NCBI GenBank assembly: GCA_963838925.1
Contig: CAWISW010000003.1
Coordinates: 1 to 64,000 of the forward strand
Source of the DNA: an uncultured Nitrososphaerota archaeon
Lineage (GTDB): Archaea; Thermoproteota; Nitrososphaeria; Nitrososphaerales; Gagatemarchaeaceae
Reading direction: 5' to 3'
Length of the DNA stretch: 64,000 nt
Shown: piece by piece, positions 29,439 through 41,223 of the stretch
Position numbering within the stretch: the stretch's first letter is position 1
Layout of the letters: every line of letters starts with the position of its first letter
Made by a program: the position numbers and the translations under genes
The notes under the pieces: model-generated
What the model was told of the DNA's origin: nothing
Database searches by the model: none
What the model saw: the letters and a program-made list of their open reading frames with translations, nothing else

Positions 29439-31155
29439 CTAAGGGCCCTTCGTAGAGCTCGCCATCCGCGAGCTGAGGCTCCTCGAGCGGAGGACCCATA
29501 TCAGCACGTTCGCAATCGCGGCCAGGGCTGCGGTGACCACGAGGATAATCTCGAAGGTCAGGAAGGTGCTGAAGTTGAGCGTGACGCTAGCCGCGAGGCC
29601 GTCGGTGAGCCCGACCTGGGCGGTCTGCGTGTTGCCAGCCTGCGACGCGGTCACGGTGTAGGATCCCGTCGGGAGAAGGAAGGAGGACGTCTGGTTGGTC
29701 CCGACGAGGCCGCTCGTGATGCTCACGCCCTTCGGTCCGGTCACCTCGAGGGTGGTCGGCGCCATCTGGTCGCTGAGCACGTGAACAGTCAGCATCGCTA
29801 GGTTGACCCTCTCAGTCTGAGTCGCGTAGCTGCTCGTCAGTATCAGCGTGCCGGCTTCGAGGCCCTGCCCCCCGCTGATGTCGAGGGAGTAGTCCAGCCG
29901 GACGGGGTACTGGGTCGCGAGGACGAAGAGGGAGTTGCCCACCTGGCTCGTCTGAAGGATCCCGCTCTCTGGCGAGGCGTTCACCTTGACGTCGTTCAAG
30001 GACTGGTTCCAAGGGGCGGCGACGAAGTTCACGCTGGACACGTTCGCCCTGACCGGGTACGCGACGACGCCCTCGACCCCGAACGTCCGATACATGACGT
30101 ACAGGCTCCTAGGCCAGTTGGACTGGCCGTTGGTCAGGCTCGCCGCGTAGGAGACGCTCGGCGACTGGACGGGCTGCGGCTGGCAGGCGTTTGAGAGCGA
30201 GATCCACGACGTGGAGTTGACCACCAGGACGCTGCTCTGGATCGTTTCAAGGCTGGTGGAGTTCTGGAAGTACGCCCTCATCTCGTACCTGCCCTCCCGG
30301 ATCGGCATGTTCAGCGTGAGCGGGGCCGTGGTGCTCCCGGTGGCGACAATCGCGATTGGCTGCGACGTCGCTGTCATCAGGTCGCTGACGACGAGACTGT
30401 TGGTTGTGGTGACGTCCAGCGCGTAGGGGTGGTAGAGCTCGAACCAGAAGGAGAAGGACTCGTTGACCTGGCCGGAGGTCGAGATCCCCACGGGGTTCCC
30501 TGGCGGTCATGCTCAGGGTGCCCACGTCGTGCATGTCGGTCGGGAGGCTCAGGCTGACGCCTGCGCTCGTCGCGTTGCCCGCCGCGCAGACCTGCTGGTC
30601 GTAGGAGTCTCCGAGGTTGGCCTGTGTGGATATAGAGAGGTTCCCTCCGCTGAGGGCGTAGGCGAGCGGTCCGAGCGAGACGGGATGGTCCGCCAGGTTC
30701 ACAAAGTGGACGGGGATCACGGCTGCCCCTTGCACGCTGCCGATCGTGATGTTCCAGACGCCGTCTATGTCCTTGGAAGTGAAGGTGTAGAGCGGCGTGA
30801 TGACCTGGGGGTCGAGCAGCTTGACGACGACCACGTCTGAAGGGCCGGAGGAGGAGGCCTTGGCCGAGGTCACGCCGAGCGGGATCGAGTAGTTGTAGCC
30901 AGAGACCGCCCATATCGTGTCTCCGACGGTATAGACGGGGACGCCGTTCGCGACCGGGGAGAGGCTCGAGGGTGAGAAGCCCAGCGAGAGGGAGACGGAT
31001 GCTAGCGATGCCGAGGAAGAGCTCGTGAGGGTCGCTCCAGAAGCAGCGACGAGGCCGGACTGGAGCGGCAAAATGGTGAGGAGCAGCCCCAGCAGAGAAA
31101 GCAGCGCCGCAGTCTTTGTCCTACTGGCGCATGTATGCCCAAAGGAGGGCGACAA
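29439..31155 (-). CDS. Secreted protein with a C-terminal TM anchor (frameshift at ~30490-30510)
   Basis: Signal-like N-terminus in the 30247 frame, C-terminal TM in the 29439 frame; last gene of the MoxR operon. Confidence 0.7.
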
Positions 31156-31882
31156 TGATGATTCCTGGGACCGTGAAGGATAAAAGGGTATTCGGGAGGA
31201 TTGATACGGTAGCGTAGACCCACCCCGCCGACGCGGCCGCCGCCAGCAGCGGGAGGACGAAGGTCACCTTCGGCGGGACCATGCTCGTGGCGGTCGGGAT
31301 GGTCGTGTAGACCAGCAGGGAGCAGTACATGGCCACCGAGGGGACGAGGATGAAGAGGGTGGAGAGGTCAGGTATGGTCCCCGCGCCCACGTCGAACTTG
31401 GCGGCGCCGATCAGAAAGTCGAAGAAGTTCGCGAAGGTGAAGCTGCCGGAGAACGCCAGCATGGTGCTCGCCGCGAATGTGAGGAAGCCGAATTCGAGGG
31501 TCAGCGAGACGAGCACTGCGATGAGGCTCCGGTTCTGCGTCATCTGGGTGACCCCGGTGAAGATCAGGTACGGCGGGAGGACCGTGAAGAGGGCGGCGAT
31601 CCACGTCGAGAAGATCGTGTGCGCAAGCTGGCTGTAGACGGCGCTCGGCGAGATGAGGTAGAGCACTATGAGGCCCATCACCACGAAGGTCTCGAAGGAG
31701 AGCAGGACGAGCAGCACTTCTATCCTGGCAGGCTTCGTCCCGAAGTAGGCCACTATTCCCGCGATCCTCACCACCTGGGTGATGATGATGACCGACTCCA
31801 GCAGGCCGATGGTGGACGCGTTGAGGTGCTGCATGAAGAGGACAGTCGAGAGGGCGTAGACGAAGAACAGCGAGACGCCCAC
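31121..31882 (-). CDS. Polytopic membrane protein
   Basis: About 7 hydrophobic helices; start uncertain (frame open back to 31921). Confidence 0.75.
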   Translation of the reverse strand: MGVSLFFVYALSTVLFMQHLNASTIGLLESVIIITQVVRIAGIVAYFGTKPARIEVLLVLLSFETFVVMGLIVLYLISPSAVYSQLAHTIFSTWIAALFTVLPPYLIFTGVTQMTQNRSLIAVLVSLTLEFGFLTFAASTMLAFSGSFTFANFFDFLIGAAKFDVGAGTIPDLSTLFILVPSVAMYCSLLVYTTIPTATSMVPPKVTFVLPLLAAAASAGWVYATVSILPNTLLSFTVPGIIIVALLWAYMRQ

Positions 31883-31921
31883 CGCGGCGCTGCAGACCAG
31901 GAGGACCTTGTTCGTCCTTCT

Positions 31922-33066
31922 CTACCTCTCCAGCATCTTCCTGATCAGCGGGAAGAGGTTCTCGTTCCCCGTCCAGATCACCGCCCTGTCGGTGAAGGCC
32001 GCGGACGGCGAGGCGTCCTCGTAGATGAGCAGCAGGGGCTTCTCGGCGATCACCGCGGCCATCTTCTCGTCCTCGAGCTCCCTGAGGCCGGTGACCACGA
32101 AGTCGGAGTTGCTCACGACCTCCTCGATCTCCCTCGATGACGAGGCCACCGAGCAGGACATGACGGCGTCGGCCATCTCGCTGATGTCCCTGGCCCTGAT
32201 GTGGGTCATTCCGAGGAGGCGCTCCTCCTCGCTCTTCCCGCTCACGTGGGTCGAGTGGTAGTGGATCGTGACGCTGGCGCCCATCTCGAAGACCTCCTTC
32301 CCGACCTGCCCCAGCGCTTCGCAGAGCATGTCTACCCACGCGGCCCGCTCGTCGCCCCTCTCAGCGAACTGAACCACGCCCACCCTGACGACGTCCCTCA
32401 CGCTCGCCTCCCTCACCCTCGCCATGAGCGTCTCGTCGGCGGACTTCGCAACGCGCTTCCAGATGATGTCCTTCGTGTCCATCCCGGTGCTGTACTCGTC
32501 GAGCCCGTAGAGCTCCTGCCCTGGCCCTGGGTAGCCTGTCGGCTGCTCCCCGAACCCGAAGACAGTCAACCTGCGCGGGATCACGGGCGTGACAAGCGAG
32601 AGGGGGAGGGTGTCGAGGACGAAGTCGCTGTAGACGACCTGGTCGAGCCTCTTGAGGAGCTTCAGCGGGTCGGTGAGCGATATCCCGACCTTGACGCCCT
32701 CCGACCTCCCCGCGTACTTGCCGAGGAACGTGAGCCTCATCCTCCCCTCTCCGAGGGGCTCGATCTTCATCAGCTGGCCCGTCTCTATCTTGAAGGTGGT
32801 GGGTATCGAGCCTATCCAGTCGGTCCCCCTGGACTCGACGGCCAGCGTGGTCTCGTACTCCTCGCCCTTGAAACGTCCTGACGTGCCCGCTCTCCATGGA
32901 GATGCTGACGCCGCCCTTGATCGCGAACTCGAAGATGAGGATGGAGATGACCCCCATCATTGCGAGGGAGATCCCGAGCGACCTGCATGAGCCTGATGTT
33001 GAGCAGGTCGGCTGCGACTAGGATGAGGACCGTGGCTATGAGGTAGTCTCTTCCGCGCGTGGTTAG
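31922..33066 (-). CDS. DUF58-like MoxR partner protein (two frameshifts)
   Basis: ELYGLDEYSTGMDTKDIIWKRVAK...LMAR is a DUF58-like motif; N-terminal TMs at 32880-33060 in other frames. Confidence 0.7.
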
Positions 33067-34014
33067 CGTGGGGGCTCCACTCTGTCAAGTATGGCCGTGA
33101 GTATCGCTTCGGGGTTCCGCGAGACCCCCTTCAGGGCCGCCGCGCGGTCGATCGCGAGCCGGTGGGTGAGGACGTCGTTGGCGATGGACTTTATGTCGTC
33201 GGGCGTGACGTACTTCCTGCCCGCGAGGAGCGCCTTGGCGCGCGCGCAGTGGACGAGCTGCACCATCGCCCTGGGGCTCGCTCCGAGCACCAGCGACCCC
33301 TCGTTCCTCGTCGCCTCCGCGACCCTCGCGAGGTAGGCGAGGACCTCGTCGGAAACCTTCACCTCGTCGACCTGCCTCACAAGCGCGTCCAGCTCGCCCG
33401 CGGTGAGGACGGTCTTGACCTCGTTGATGTCGATGGCTCGAGAGGTTCCTCTTCAGGATGCCTGCCTCGACCTCCTTGCTCGGATACTTGAAGCTGACCT
33501 TGACCATGAACCTGTCGAGCTGCCCCTCGGGCAGCGGGTAGACGCCCTCGAACTCCAGCGGGTTCTGCGTCGCGATGACCATGAACGGGAACGGGAGCTT
33601 CTCGGTGTGCCCCTCGACGGTGACCTGCAGCTCCTGCATCGACTCGAGCAGGGCGCTCTGGACCTTCGGCGGGGCGCGGTTTATCTCGTCTGCGAGGAGG
33701 ATGTTGGTGAATATCGGGCCCCGCCTGAACTCGAACTCCCTGTCCTTCATGTTGAAGACGAATCCGCCGACGATGTCTAGCGGGAGGATGTCCGGGGTGA
33801 ACTGGACACGCTTGAACTGCAGGCCCAGGCACTTTGAGAACGCGTTCGCGAGCAGGGTCTTCGAGACGCCAGGGACGCCCTCGAGCAGGACGTGCCCCCT
33901 CGCGAGGAGGCACATGAGGAGGAGGTCGACCTCCTTCTCCCGTCCGACGACTAGCTTCCCGACCTCGGCTACCACCTTGTCCCTTATCTCAGCGCCCAAG
34001 GCTCGCGCCTCCAC
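33063..34014 (-). CDS. moxR: MoxR family AAA+ ATPase (frameshift at ~33440)
   Basis: GVPGVSKT, QFTPDILP, DEINRAPPKVQSALLE, ATQNP, GASPRA. Confidence 0.92.
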
Positions 34015-34369
34015 TCTTCCCGGTTATCCCTCCGAGCATGTTCGCGACCTTGACGACCTCGCGGAAGTCGAGGTCTGGGAGGGGAGAGCCGCCGTATCGA
34101 TACTCTTCGTAGCTCCTCAGCGCCGCACCCATCCCTTCGGTCTTGACGCCTGAAGACTGCAGGCGCGCGATGGCCTCCTCCCAGGTGAAGCCTGCAGGGA
34201 GGTCGGGGACGGCCTCCTTGAGGGCCATCTCGAGGCCGTTGAAGGCGTCGGCGAGGTTCGCGGCGCTGACCTTGTGCCTCCTGCGCCTGAGCGCCATGAG
34301 GACGAGCGGCGCGTAGAGCGCGATGTTGAGCGCCAGGAGTGCTCCCAAGATGAGCTGGTTGCTTACCAT
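33989..34369 (-). CDS. Small membrane protein (DUF4129-like) of the MoxR operon
   Basis: N-terminal TM; YEEYRYG motif. Confidence 0.6.
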   Translation of the reverse strand: MVSNQLILGALLALNIALYAPLVLMALRRRRHKVSAANLADAFNGLEMALKEAVPDLPAGFTWEEAIARLQSSGVKTEGMGAALRSYEEYRYGGSPLPDLDFREVVKVANMLGGITGKSGGASLGR

Positions 34370-34452
34370 TAGAGCGTCTTCAGGTTTGGAGCGGTGGCTT
34401 AAGAACTTGCAATACCTTCGCTTGAAACGTTTTTAGTCCCCGGCGCGCGCTT

Positions 34453-35258
34453 TTGAAGACGAGGAGAGGGGTTTTGCGCGCGGCCAAGACGTCCAAGCTA
34501 GTCAGCGCTCTGGCCATCCTGGGCCTCATCCTGGTCTCGCTGTTCTCCGTCCTGGTGCTCGACTCCTCGTCGCTCGTGAACCCCGTGATACCGCTCCAGC
34601 CCGGCAACCCCAACGGGACCCCGGGGCTCACCGGGGTCCTGGTGGTGCAGCTTCACGCCAACCAGAACGAGACCGACAAGCTGTCCAACCCCACGGGGCT
34701 GCTGTTGGCGCTCGCCCAGTGGCCGGTGACCGTCACGCAGGCGACCAACTCGAGCAACCCCGCCACGTACGCCATGATCACTGACAACAGGGGCGGCTCG
34801 CTTCAGGAGCTGCCCCAGGGGGGTACGTCGTTAGCTTCAAGGTCGAGTCCCTGAACGTCAAGATCCCTGTCCAGGTCTCCGTCGGAAACGAGACCAAGGT
34901 CCAGGTCAGGGTCTACGGGTCGGCGTACTCCCTGCTCTACAGCGAGGCGTCGGGCGTCCTTCCGACGGGTGGCACCGCCCAGTCCGACGTGTTCGTCAGG
35001 GTCAACTCTTCGTCCCCCGTCGCCAACGCGAGCGAGCCGATAGTTCTCAAGGTGCACCAGGGGGCGTCGTCAGGGTACCTCGTCAACGCGACCGTGATCT
35101 CGGGACAGCCTCCCTCGCAGGGGACGCAGTGGCTGGAGCTTGGGAGCTCTGCAGCGCTCGACCCGGTCAACGCGACCTCCATCGTCCTCACGACCTGGAC
35201 CTACTCGACGTTCATAACCGTGGGGCCCACCGGGATCTCGGTCTCGGCCGACGACTGA
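34453..35258 (+). CDS. Membrane-anchored secreted protein (frameshift at G7 run ~34820)
   Basis: N-terminal TM in the 34453 frame continues into the 34989 frame. Confidence 0.65.
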
Positions 35259-35264
35259 GCGCCC

Positions 35265-35711
35265 CTATCTCTTTCTGCTCTTCCTCTTGGCGGGAGCGGA
35301 CTCTTGGTCCTTCTCTGCGAGGTACGCCTTGAGCGGCTCCCAGTAGGCGCTCATCCAGCCGCCGGTGTAGTCCGCGACCTGCTCGGCGGGGACCTTCGAG
35401 TGGACCATCTTCAGCTCCGTGCCTCCCTTCTTCGGGGTGAGCGTGAACTCAAGCCTTGAGACCGGGTATCCTGTCGGCCACTCGGTGGTCTTCCACTCCT
35501 GGACGATCTTCTTCCCCTTGACCAGCTCGAGGTTCTTCCCGGTAATGTAGCCGTCCCACGCCGTGAAGCTGGCGCCGACCTTGGCGCTCGTGGTGGCCGG
35601 CGAGCCCGTGAAGACGGCGTGCTTGCGCGGGTCGAGCAGGGCGTCGTAGATCTCGTCGGGTGAGGCCTTGAAGAAGACTGTCTGCTCGATGGTCCCGAAT
35701 TTCAATGGCAA
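35265..35711 (-). CDS. SRPBCC/AHSA1-like domain protein
   Basis: ASPDEIYDALLD, KKIVQEW, GWMSAYWEPLK. Confidence 0.9.
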   Translation of the reverse strand: MPLKFGTIEQTVFFKASPDEIYDALLDPRKHAVFTGSPATTSAKVGASFTAWDGYITGKNLELVKGKKIVQEWKTTEWPTGYPVSRLEFTLTPKKGGTELKMVHSKVPAEQVADYTGGWMSAYWEPLKAYLAEKDQESAPAKRKSRKR

Positions 35712-35889
35712 TGGTCTGTCGTGTGGGCGCCGCAGTCTTTGGATTTATGCCTAGCGAGGCCCGCGAGAGTGACCTCGGAATCCGCATGAAGTTCGCCCTT
35801 TAGAATTATTTGAAATGCTGTGGGCGCTTATTAGAAAAATCCAGCTTGGACGCCGATTGTCGCCGGGAAACAGGCAGCAGCTGCACTAC

Positions 35890-36846
35890 ATGCACGAGGC
35901 CGGGGACGGGGGCCAGAAGGAGCGGTTCGTGTACTTCTGCTCCGAGTGCTCGTGCATCCTCAACGTGTGCGCGGCGCTCGAGCCCGTGGGCGACACGGTC
36001 GAGTCGCTGGGCAACCGCTGCCCGGGGTGCGGCTCCGCCCTCGAGGCGCGCGTGTCCTGCAGGTCGACCCGCATCCCGGAGGCGTGGTCGGAGATATCGC
36101 GCTCGGCCTACTCCACGCGCGAGAGGGCGGGGGCGATGGCCGCGCTCCCCACCGCCGCGTCCCTCCGCGGCTTCGCGTTCAACTTCGCGCCTCTCGACGC
36201 GCTGGTCGCGCACTACATCGACCCCGCCTGGTCGGTCGCCTTCACGGGGCGCTGCGCGAACGCGGTCGCGGAGTTCATCTGCTTCAGGGCGCAGCTCCCG
36301 AAGGAGGCGGGGGGCTCTGACTCGAGCGTCGTGCTGATCGACGGCGGGAACCGCTCCGACCTCTACCTCTTCTCGTCCTACGCCAAGCTCTACGGGGTCG
36401 CGCCGAAAAAGGCGCTGAGGCGGGTGGTGACGAGCAGGGCGTTCACGATGTACCAGATGGCGAACCTGGTGTCGAGGGAACTCGGGAGGGTGGTCGACGA
36501 GTACGGGGCGAAGGTCGTCGTGCTCTCCGACGTCCTGGGCCTGCTCAACGAGGAGTCGGGGCTCCGCGAGGACGAGGCGAGGAGGCTCGCGGGCGCGGTC
36601 CGGAGGGGGCTGGACGACGTGAGGAGGGAGAAGAAGGTCCTCACGTTCATGACGCTCGTCGCGAGGACGCCCTACGACCGGGTGGTCACCGACCACGCCG
36701 ACGTCCTGGTGGGGCTCGAGGGGTCGGGCGCGTCCATCGAGGGGACGCTGCTGAAGCACCCGTTCGGGAAGCCCTCCTCGCGGCGGTTCACTCTTCGCGA
36801 CCTCCTCTTCCACAACCGCCCCGGCAGGAAGGCGGGAGGCCGCTAG
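35890..36846 (+). CDS. Degenerate RadA/Rad51-like ATPase-fold protein with N-terminal Zn ribbon (PolB2 operon)
   Basis: CSEC...CPGC; AQLPKEAGG, VVLIDGGNRSDLY, SRAFTMYQ; no intact Walker A (GKT). Confidence 0.8.
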   Translation: MHEAGDGGQKERFVYFCSECSCILNVCAALEPVGDTVESLGNRCPGCGSALEARVSCRSTRIPEAWSEISRSAYSTRERAGAMAALPTAASLRGFAFNFAPLDALVAHYIDPAWSVAFTGRCANAVAEFICFRAQLPKEAGGSDSSVVLIDGGNRSDLYLFSSYAKLYGVAPKKALRRVVTSRAFTMYQMANLVSRELGRVVDEYGAKVVVLSDVLGLLNEESGLREDEARRLAGAVRRGLDDVRREKKVLTFMTLVARTPYDRVVTDHADVLVGLEGSGASIEGTLLKHPFGKPSSRRFTLRDLLFHNRPGRKAGGR

Positions 36847-36848
36847 CA

Positions 36849-37085
36849 ATGGGAAGGACGCTCCCCTCGTTCAGAATCGCGGAGGCCCAGGAGACCGAGG
36901 AGTGGAGGCACTTCAGGAGGTCGCTCCCCAAGGGGAAGAGGGCGGCCTTCGACGAGATGCTCAACGCCGCGAGGCTGTACGCCTCCGCGTCCTCCGCGGC
37001 CGTGAGGACCTCGAGGTTCGAGGGGATGGCGATGGCGATCGCCTTCCACCACTTCAAGGCGCTCGCGGGGGTGCGCGACAAGTGA
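36849..37085 (+). CDS. Small helical PolB2-associated protein (arCOG07300-like)
   Basis: MGRTLPSFR...W..FRRSL...R.AFDEM pattern; position in the operon. Confidence 0.8.
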   Translation: MGRTLPSFRIAEAQETEEWRHFRRSLPKGKRAAFDEMLNAARLYASASSAAVRTSRFEGMAMAIAFHHFKALAGVRDK

Positions 37086-37336
37086 GCTTGTCGGACCGGG
37101 AGATAATGGATGAGCTCGAGAGCTGGAAGGGGTTCGGGGACGCGCTCAAGGCGGAGGACAGGGAGCTCTTCACGGAGATGCTGAGGGAGTGCTACGAGTA
37201 CGTCCCGTCCATGCACGCGAAGGACTCGCCGTTCTCCGCCGAGGCCCTGCTCATGAGCATCCTCTTCGTGCAGCACAAGAGGATCGCACGCCTCACCAAG
37301 GAGATAGGGGAGCTCAGGGAGAAGAAGGCGGTGTAG
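37082..37336 (+). CDS. Second small PolB2-associated protein (paralog of the preceding gene)
   Basis: WKGFGDALKAEDRELF.EM...EALLMSIL; GTG start overlaps the previous stop. Confidence 0.75.
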   Translation: MSLSDREIMDELESWKGFGDALKAEDRELFTEMLRECYEYVPSMHAKDSPFSAEALLMSILFVQHKRIARLTKEIGELREKKAV

Positions 37337-37339
37337 CGG

Positions 37340-40300
37340 TTGCGGGGCTGGATACTCGACCTCTACACCGAGAGCCCCGGGAAGATGGTGGTGTGGCTGA
37401 AGCTCGAGGGCGGCGAGACCAGGAGGCTCGTCGACAGGTGGGCGCCCTCGATCTTCGTGGCCTCCGACAGCAGGCGAGACCTGGCCGACCTCGAGAAGGG
37501 GAAGGGGCGGGAGTTCTCCTGGTCGAGGCGCGTCATGAAGCTCGAGAGGGCAACCGACACGCGCGAGAGCGAGGTCCTCGAGCTGGTCGTGGACGACGCG
37601 AAGAAGCTCGCGCCACTCGCCGAGAGCGTCGAGCGCTCGAGGCCCTTCGGGACGTACAGGCTCTACAACGTGGACGTGCCCCCCGAGCAGCTGTACCTCT
37701 ACGAGAACGACCTGTTCCCCCTCGCCTACTGCGAGGTCTCGGAGACCCCCGACGGGCTGTGCTGGGAGCTCCACGACGACATATGGTCGTGCCAGTACTC
37801 GGTCCCTGAGCTCCGCTCGGTCGACATCGAGGTGGCCGTCAGAAAGTCAGGGAAGATGGCCAAGGTCTCCGACCCCATAGAGTCGATCAGCCTGAAGGGC
37901 GGGGACGGCTCCGTCTCGAGGATAGGCGGCGGGTCGGAGCGCGACAAGATCCTCGCCCTCGTCGAGGAGGTCAGGAGGCTCGACCCCGACCTGGTGTTCA
38001 CCAGCGACGGCGACTCGTTCGTCCTGCCCTACCTCGCCTCGAGGGCCGCGGCCAACGGGGTCGCCCAGCGGCTCGTCATCGACAGGGACGGGACGGTCCT
38101 GGAGGCCCCGGCGAAGAAGGGGTCGTCATACTTCAGCTACGGCAAGATCCTGTTCAAGCCCTCGGCGATGAAGCTCCGCGGGAGAATTCACCTCGACAAG
38201 ACCAGCTCCTTCGTCCACAGGGAAACCGGACTTGAGGGGTTTTACGAAGTGAGTAGGGTGTGCAGGCTCCCACTCCACATAGCCAGTAGAGCGAGCATAG
38301 GCAAGGCTCTCTCGAGCCTCCAGTTCTACCACGCGACCAAGGACGGGATCCTCATACCTTGGAAGCCCACCATGGCCGAGAGCTTCAAGAGCAGAGCAGA
38401 GCTTCTCGTCGCGGACCGCGGGGGGTTCATCTTCGAGCCGGAGCTCGGAGTGCATGAGGGGATTGGGGAACTAGATTTCTCCAGTCTATTCCCCAACATC
38501 ATGAGCAAGAAGAACATCTCGCCAGAGACCGTGAGATGTAAGTGCTGCCCCGACTCCACGAACAGAATCCCCGAGCTCGACTGGAATGTCTGCGAGAGGC
38601 GCCCAGAGGGAATAGTCCCCAAAGCGGTCAAGATCATCGTGGAGAAGACGGATGAAATACAAGAGGCTGGAGCAGGTCACCGAGGGCGAGGAGCGGGCAC
38701 GCTACCAGGCTCGGAGAGATGCCCTCAAATGGGTTGGGGTCGCATGCCTTCCTAAGGAATCCCCGGTCTTCATCAGACGAGATGGCATTGACAGATTCTC
38801 AAGGATTGGGGATTTCATAGACGGTCTTGTGGGCGACAGAGCAGGCGTTGTAGAATGTCCGCCTGGAATCTATGTGGCGGGAATGGGTGACGACTACAAG
38901 GCCAAGTTCTGCAAGGTTGCTCGCCTCATCAAGAAGCCGAACAATCGGAAGCTTCTGTCTTTTGTGATGGAAGATGGGCGGAAAATCGTCGCCACGCCCG
39001 ACCATCCGTTCTTTATCCTCAGCGGAGGAGAGATGGAGGTAAAGACGGCGGAGAAATTGCAAGTCGGCGAACTCGTGCCCGTGGCAAAGAAGATTCCACC
39101 GGCCAACGAAATCCAGCAGATTGACCTCATCGAGAAACTGGAAAATTTGCTCACTCCCACGGAGAAACAACTTTGGAGAGTTTCAGGAGAGCAGCTCAAG
39201 GCATCAATCAAAGCAAAGCGCCAAACGCTCGTTGATGCGGCGATTCCCGAAGGATATTCTTACCAAACTGTGGTAACTTGGTGCAAGAGCGGAATCATTC
39301 CTTTGAGGTTTCTTAGCTTGCTCGATATAGCGCCCGAGATTCATCGAGAGCTACGGATAGGATCAGGAAGAAGAAAGGGCGGAAGAGTTGCATGGCTGCC
39401 CGCTGTTCTAGAGGTCGATGGTAGGCTCGGATTTTTCCTAGGCGTGTTCGTAGCGGATGGAAGCGCCACAAACAACGTGGTAAGGCTGGACATAGCACTT
39501 TCTGAGCCCGAGCTACTGGAGACCACAAGAAAGCTTGTGGAATCAGTTTTCAAAATCTCGCCTCATGTTTACAAAGAGAAGAAGGCTCAGATGAATGTAG
39601 TCCAGATAAACAGTGCGAGCTTGGTCAAGGTTCTGGAAAAAGTCTTCGGCCTACCTGGCTCTGCAGACAGAGGCAAACTCAAGGTTCCTGACATCATCTT
39701 CAACTGCCCAGCGCAGACAGCACACAGGTTCATGGCAGGGTTGGTCGCTGGCGATGGGAACGCTGCCAAACGACGCAAGTTCGTCAGCATCGCGACAAAA
39801 TCAAAGAACCTCCAGAATCAAATCTGCGTCCTGGCGGCTAGGTTGGGGTTGGCTTTTCGAATGGGTACAAACCGCGAGGGGACTCAGCCTCTGTACACAG
39901 TCAATTTTGTGGGACCGCAGACACTTGAAAGGATCGGGGATTGGGAGTACTCGAAAGAGGGACAGCGAGATAGAATCCGGTCTTGGTCTGAAGAGATTCA
40001 GACAGGGACTTGCACTCACGCAAGATACGAGAGACTCCCTATAGAGGAATCCGGACTGTTCACTCTCGCGAGGGCTACCAGAACCTCATCTGAACCGCAT
40101 GCGAGAATTGGATTCCGACAATGCCCAGTTCAGGTCGAAAGGAAAATTTCTCGTATTCTTTCAAGAGAGCTGAGCGACAATCAGATGAGGCAGACTATGA
40201 GGATAGAGAGGCTCGTCGGTAGCGATTTCGGATTCGTCAGGATAACGAGGATTGAGGAGCTGGATTCGTGCCCCGAATACGTCTATTGCTTCCAGCTGGC

Positions 40301-41223
40301 AGAAGACGAGGTACCCGGGTTCCTTACCGGGGAAGGTTTGATCTTCACGCACAATTGTTTCGGCTATCTCGGTCACGCCAACGCGAAGTTCGGGCGCATC
40401 GACGCGCACATCGGGGTCTGCGCCTGGGACAGGAAGGTGCTCATCGACGCGGCGAGGGTCGCGGAGAGGCGGGGCTTCAAGGTGATGCACGGCATCGTCG
40501 ACTCCCTCTGGCTTAGGAAGGTCGGCGCGGGCGAGGACGACTTTGAGAGGCTCCGGAGGGAGATAGAGGCGGAGACGAAGTTCGCCATCGCATTCGAGGG
40601 GATCTACAAGTGGATCGCGTTCCTCCCATCGAAGGTGGACGCCGGGGTCCCGGTGCTCAACGCAGTACTTCGGCGCGTACAGGGACGGGAGGCTCAAGGT
40701 CCGCGGAATAGAGGCGAGGCGGCACGACACGCCTGCGTTCTTCTCAAAGTGCCAGCTGGAGATCCTCGAGCTGCTCGCCAGGGCCGACACTGTCGAGGAG
40801 GCGAGGGCGATGGTCGACGGGTGCGTGGGCGTCTTCCTCAAGCACGCGAGGTCGCTCCTCGAGCACCGCGCGCCCATAGCGGGGCTCGTCTTCACGAGGA
40901 ACCTCTCGAGGAAGCCCGGGGAGTACGCGAACAGGTCGCTGACGTCATCGGTCGCTGACCAGCTGGTCAGGGAGGGCGTGGAGTTGCACGCGGGGGAGGC
41001 GGTGCAGTACGTCATCACGGACTATCAGTCCAAGTCCCCGGGAAGGAGGGCGGTGGCGCTCGACCTGGTGGACGAGGATACGGCCTACGACGCGAAGAGG
41101 TACGTGGAGCTCCTCGCTGAGGCGTGCTCGACGGTCCTGAGGCCGTTCAGGGAGGAGTGCGGCGAAGAATGGCTGGTGCGGGAGGTAGAGCGGCGGATCA
41201 TGCATTCCGAGTCCCTGGCGTGA
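37340..41223 (+). CDS. polB2: Family B DNA polymerase, PolB2 group, intein-containing (frameshifts at ~38648 and ~40661)
   Basis: DRGGFIFEP, motif A LDFSSLFPNIM, motif B KWVGVA/CFGYLG, motif C HGIVDSLW, LKVRGIEARRHDTP. Confidence 0.9.
38745..40355 (+). mobile_element. Intein (537 aa) with LAGLIDADG homing endonuclease
   Basis: Begins CLPKES, block B ATPDHPF, FLGVFVADG and FMAGLVAGDG, ends THN followed by Cys; visibly lower GC than the exteins. Confidence 0.93.

Noticed and set aside
31105-31125. GTAGGACAAAG as another copy of the regulon element
   Set aside because: It lies at a gene overlap inside an operon and has no TATA-like box at the expected spacing.
31921-31924. In-frame TAG read-through (pyrrolysine) joining the DUF58-like and membrane genes
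   Set aside because: The frames are contiguous, but no pyl genes are in view, TAG ends many ordinary genes here, and an indel or alternative start explains it.
37340-41223. Naturally split three-gene PolB or split intein
   Set aside because: The breaks are single-base insertions outside the intein, which is contiguous from Cys1 to the terminal His-Asn.
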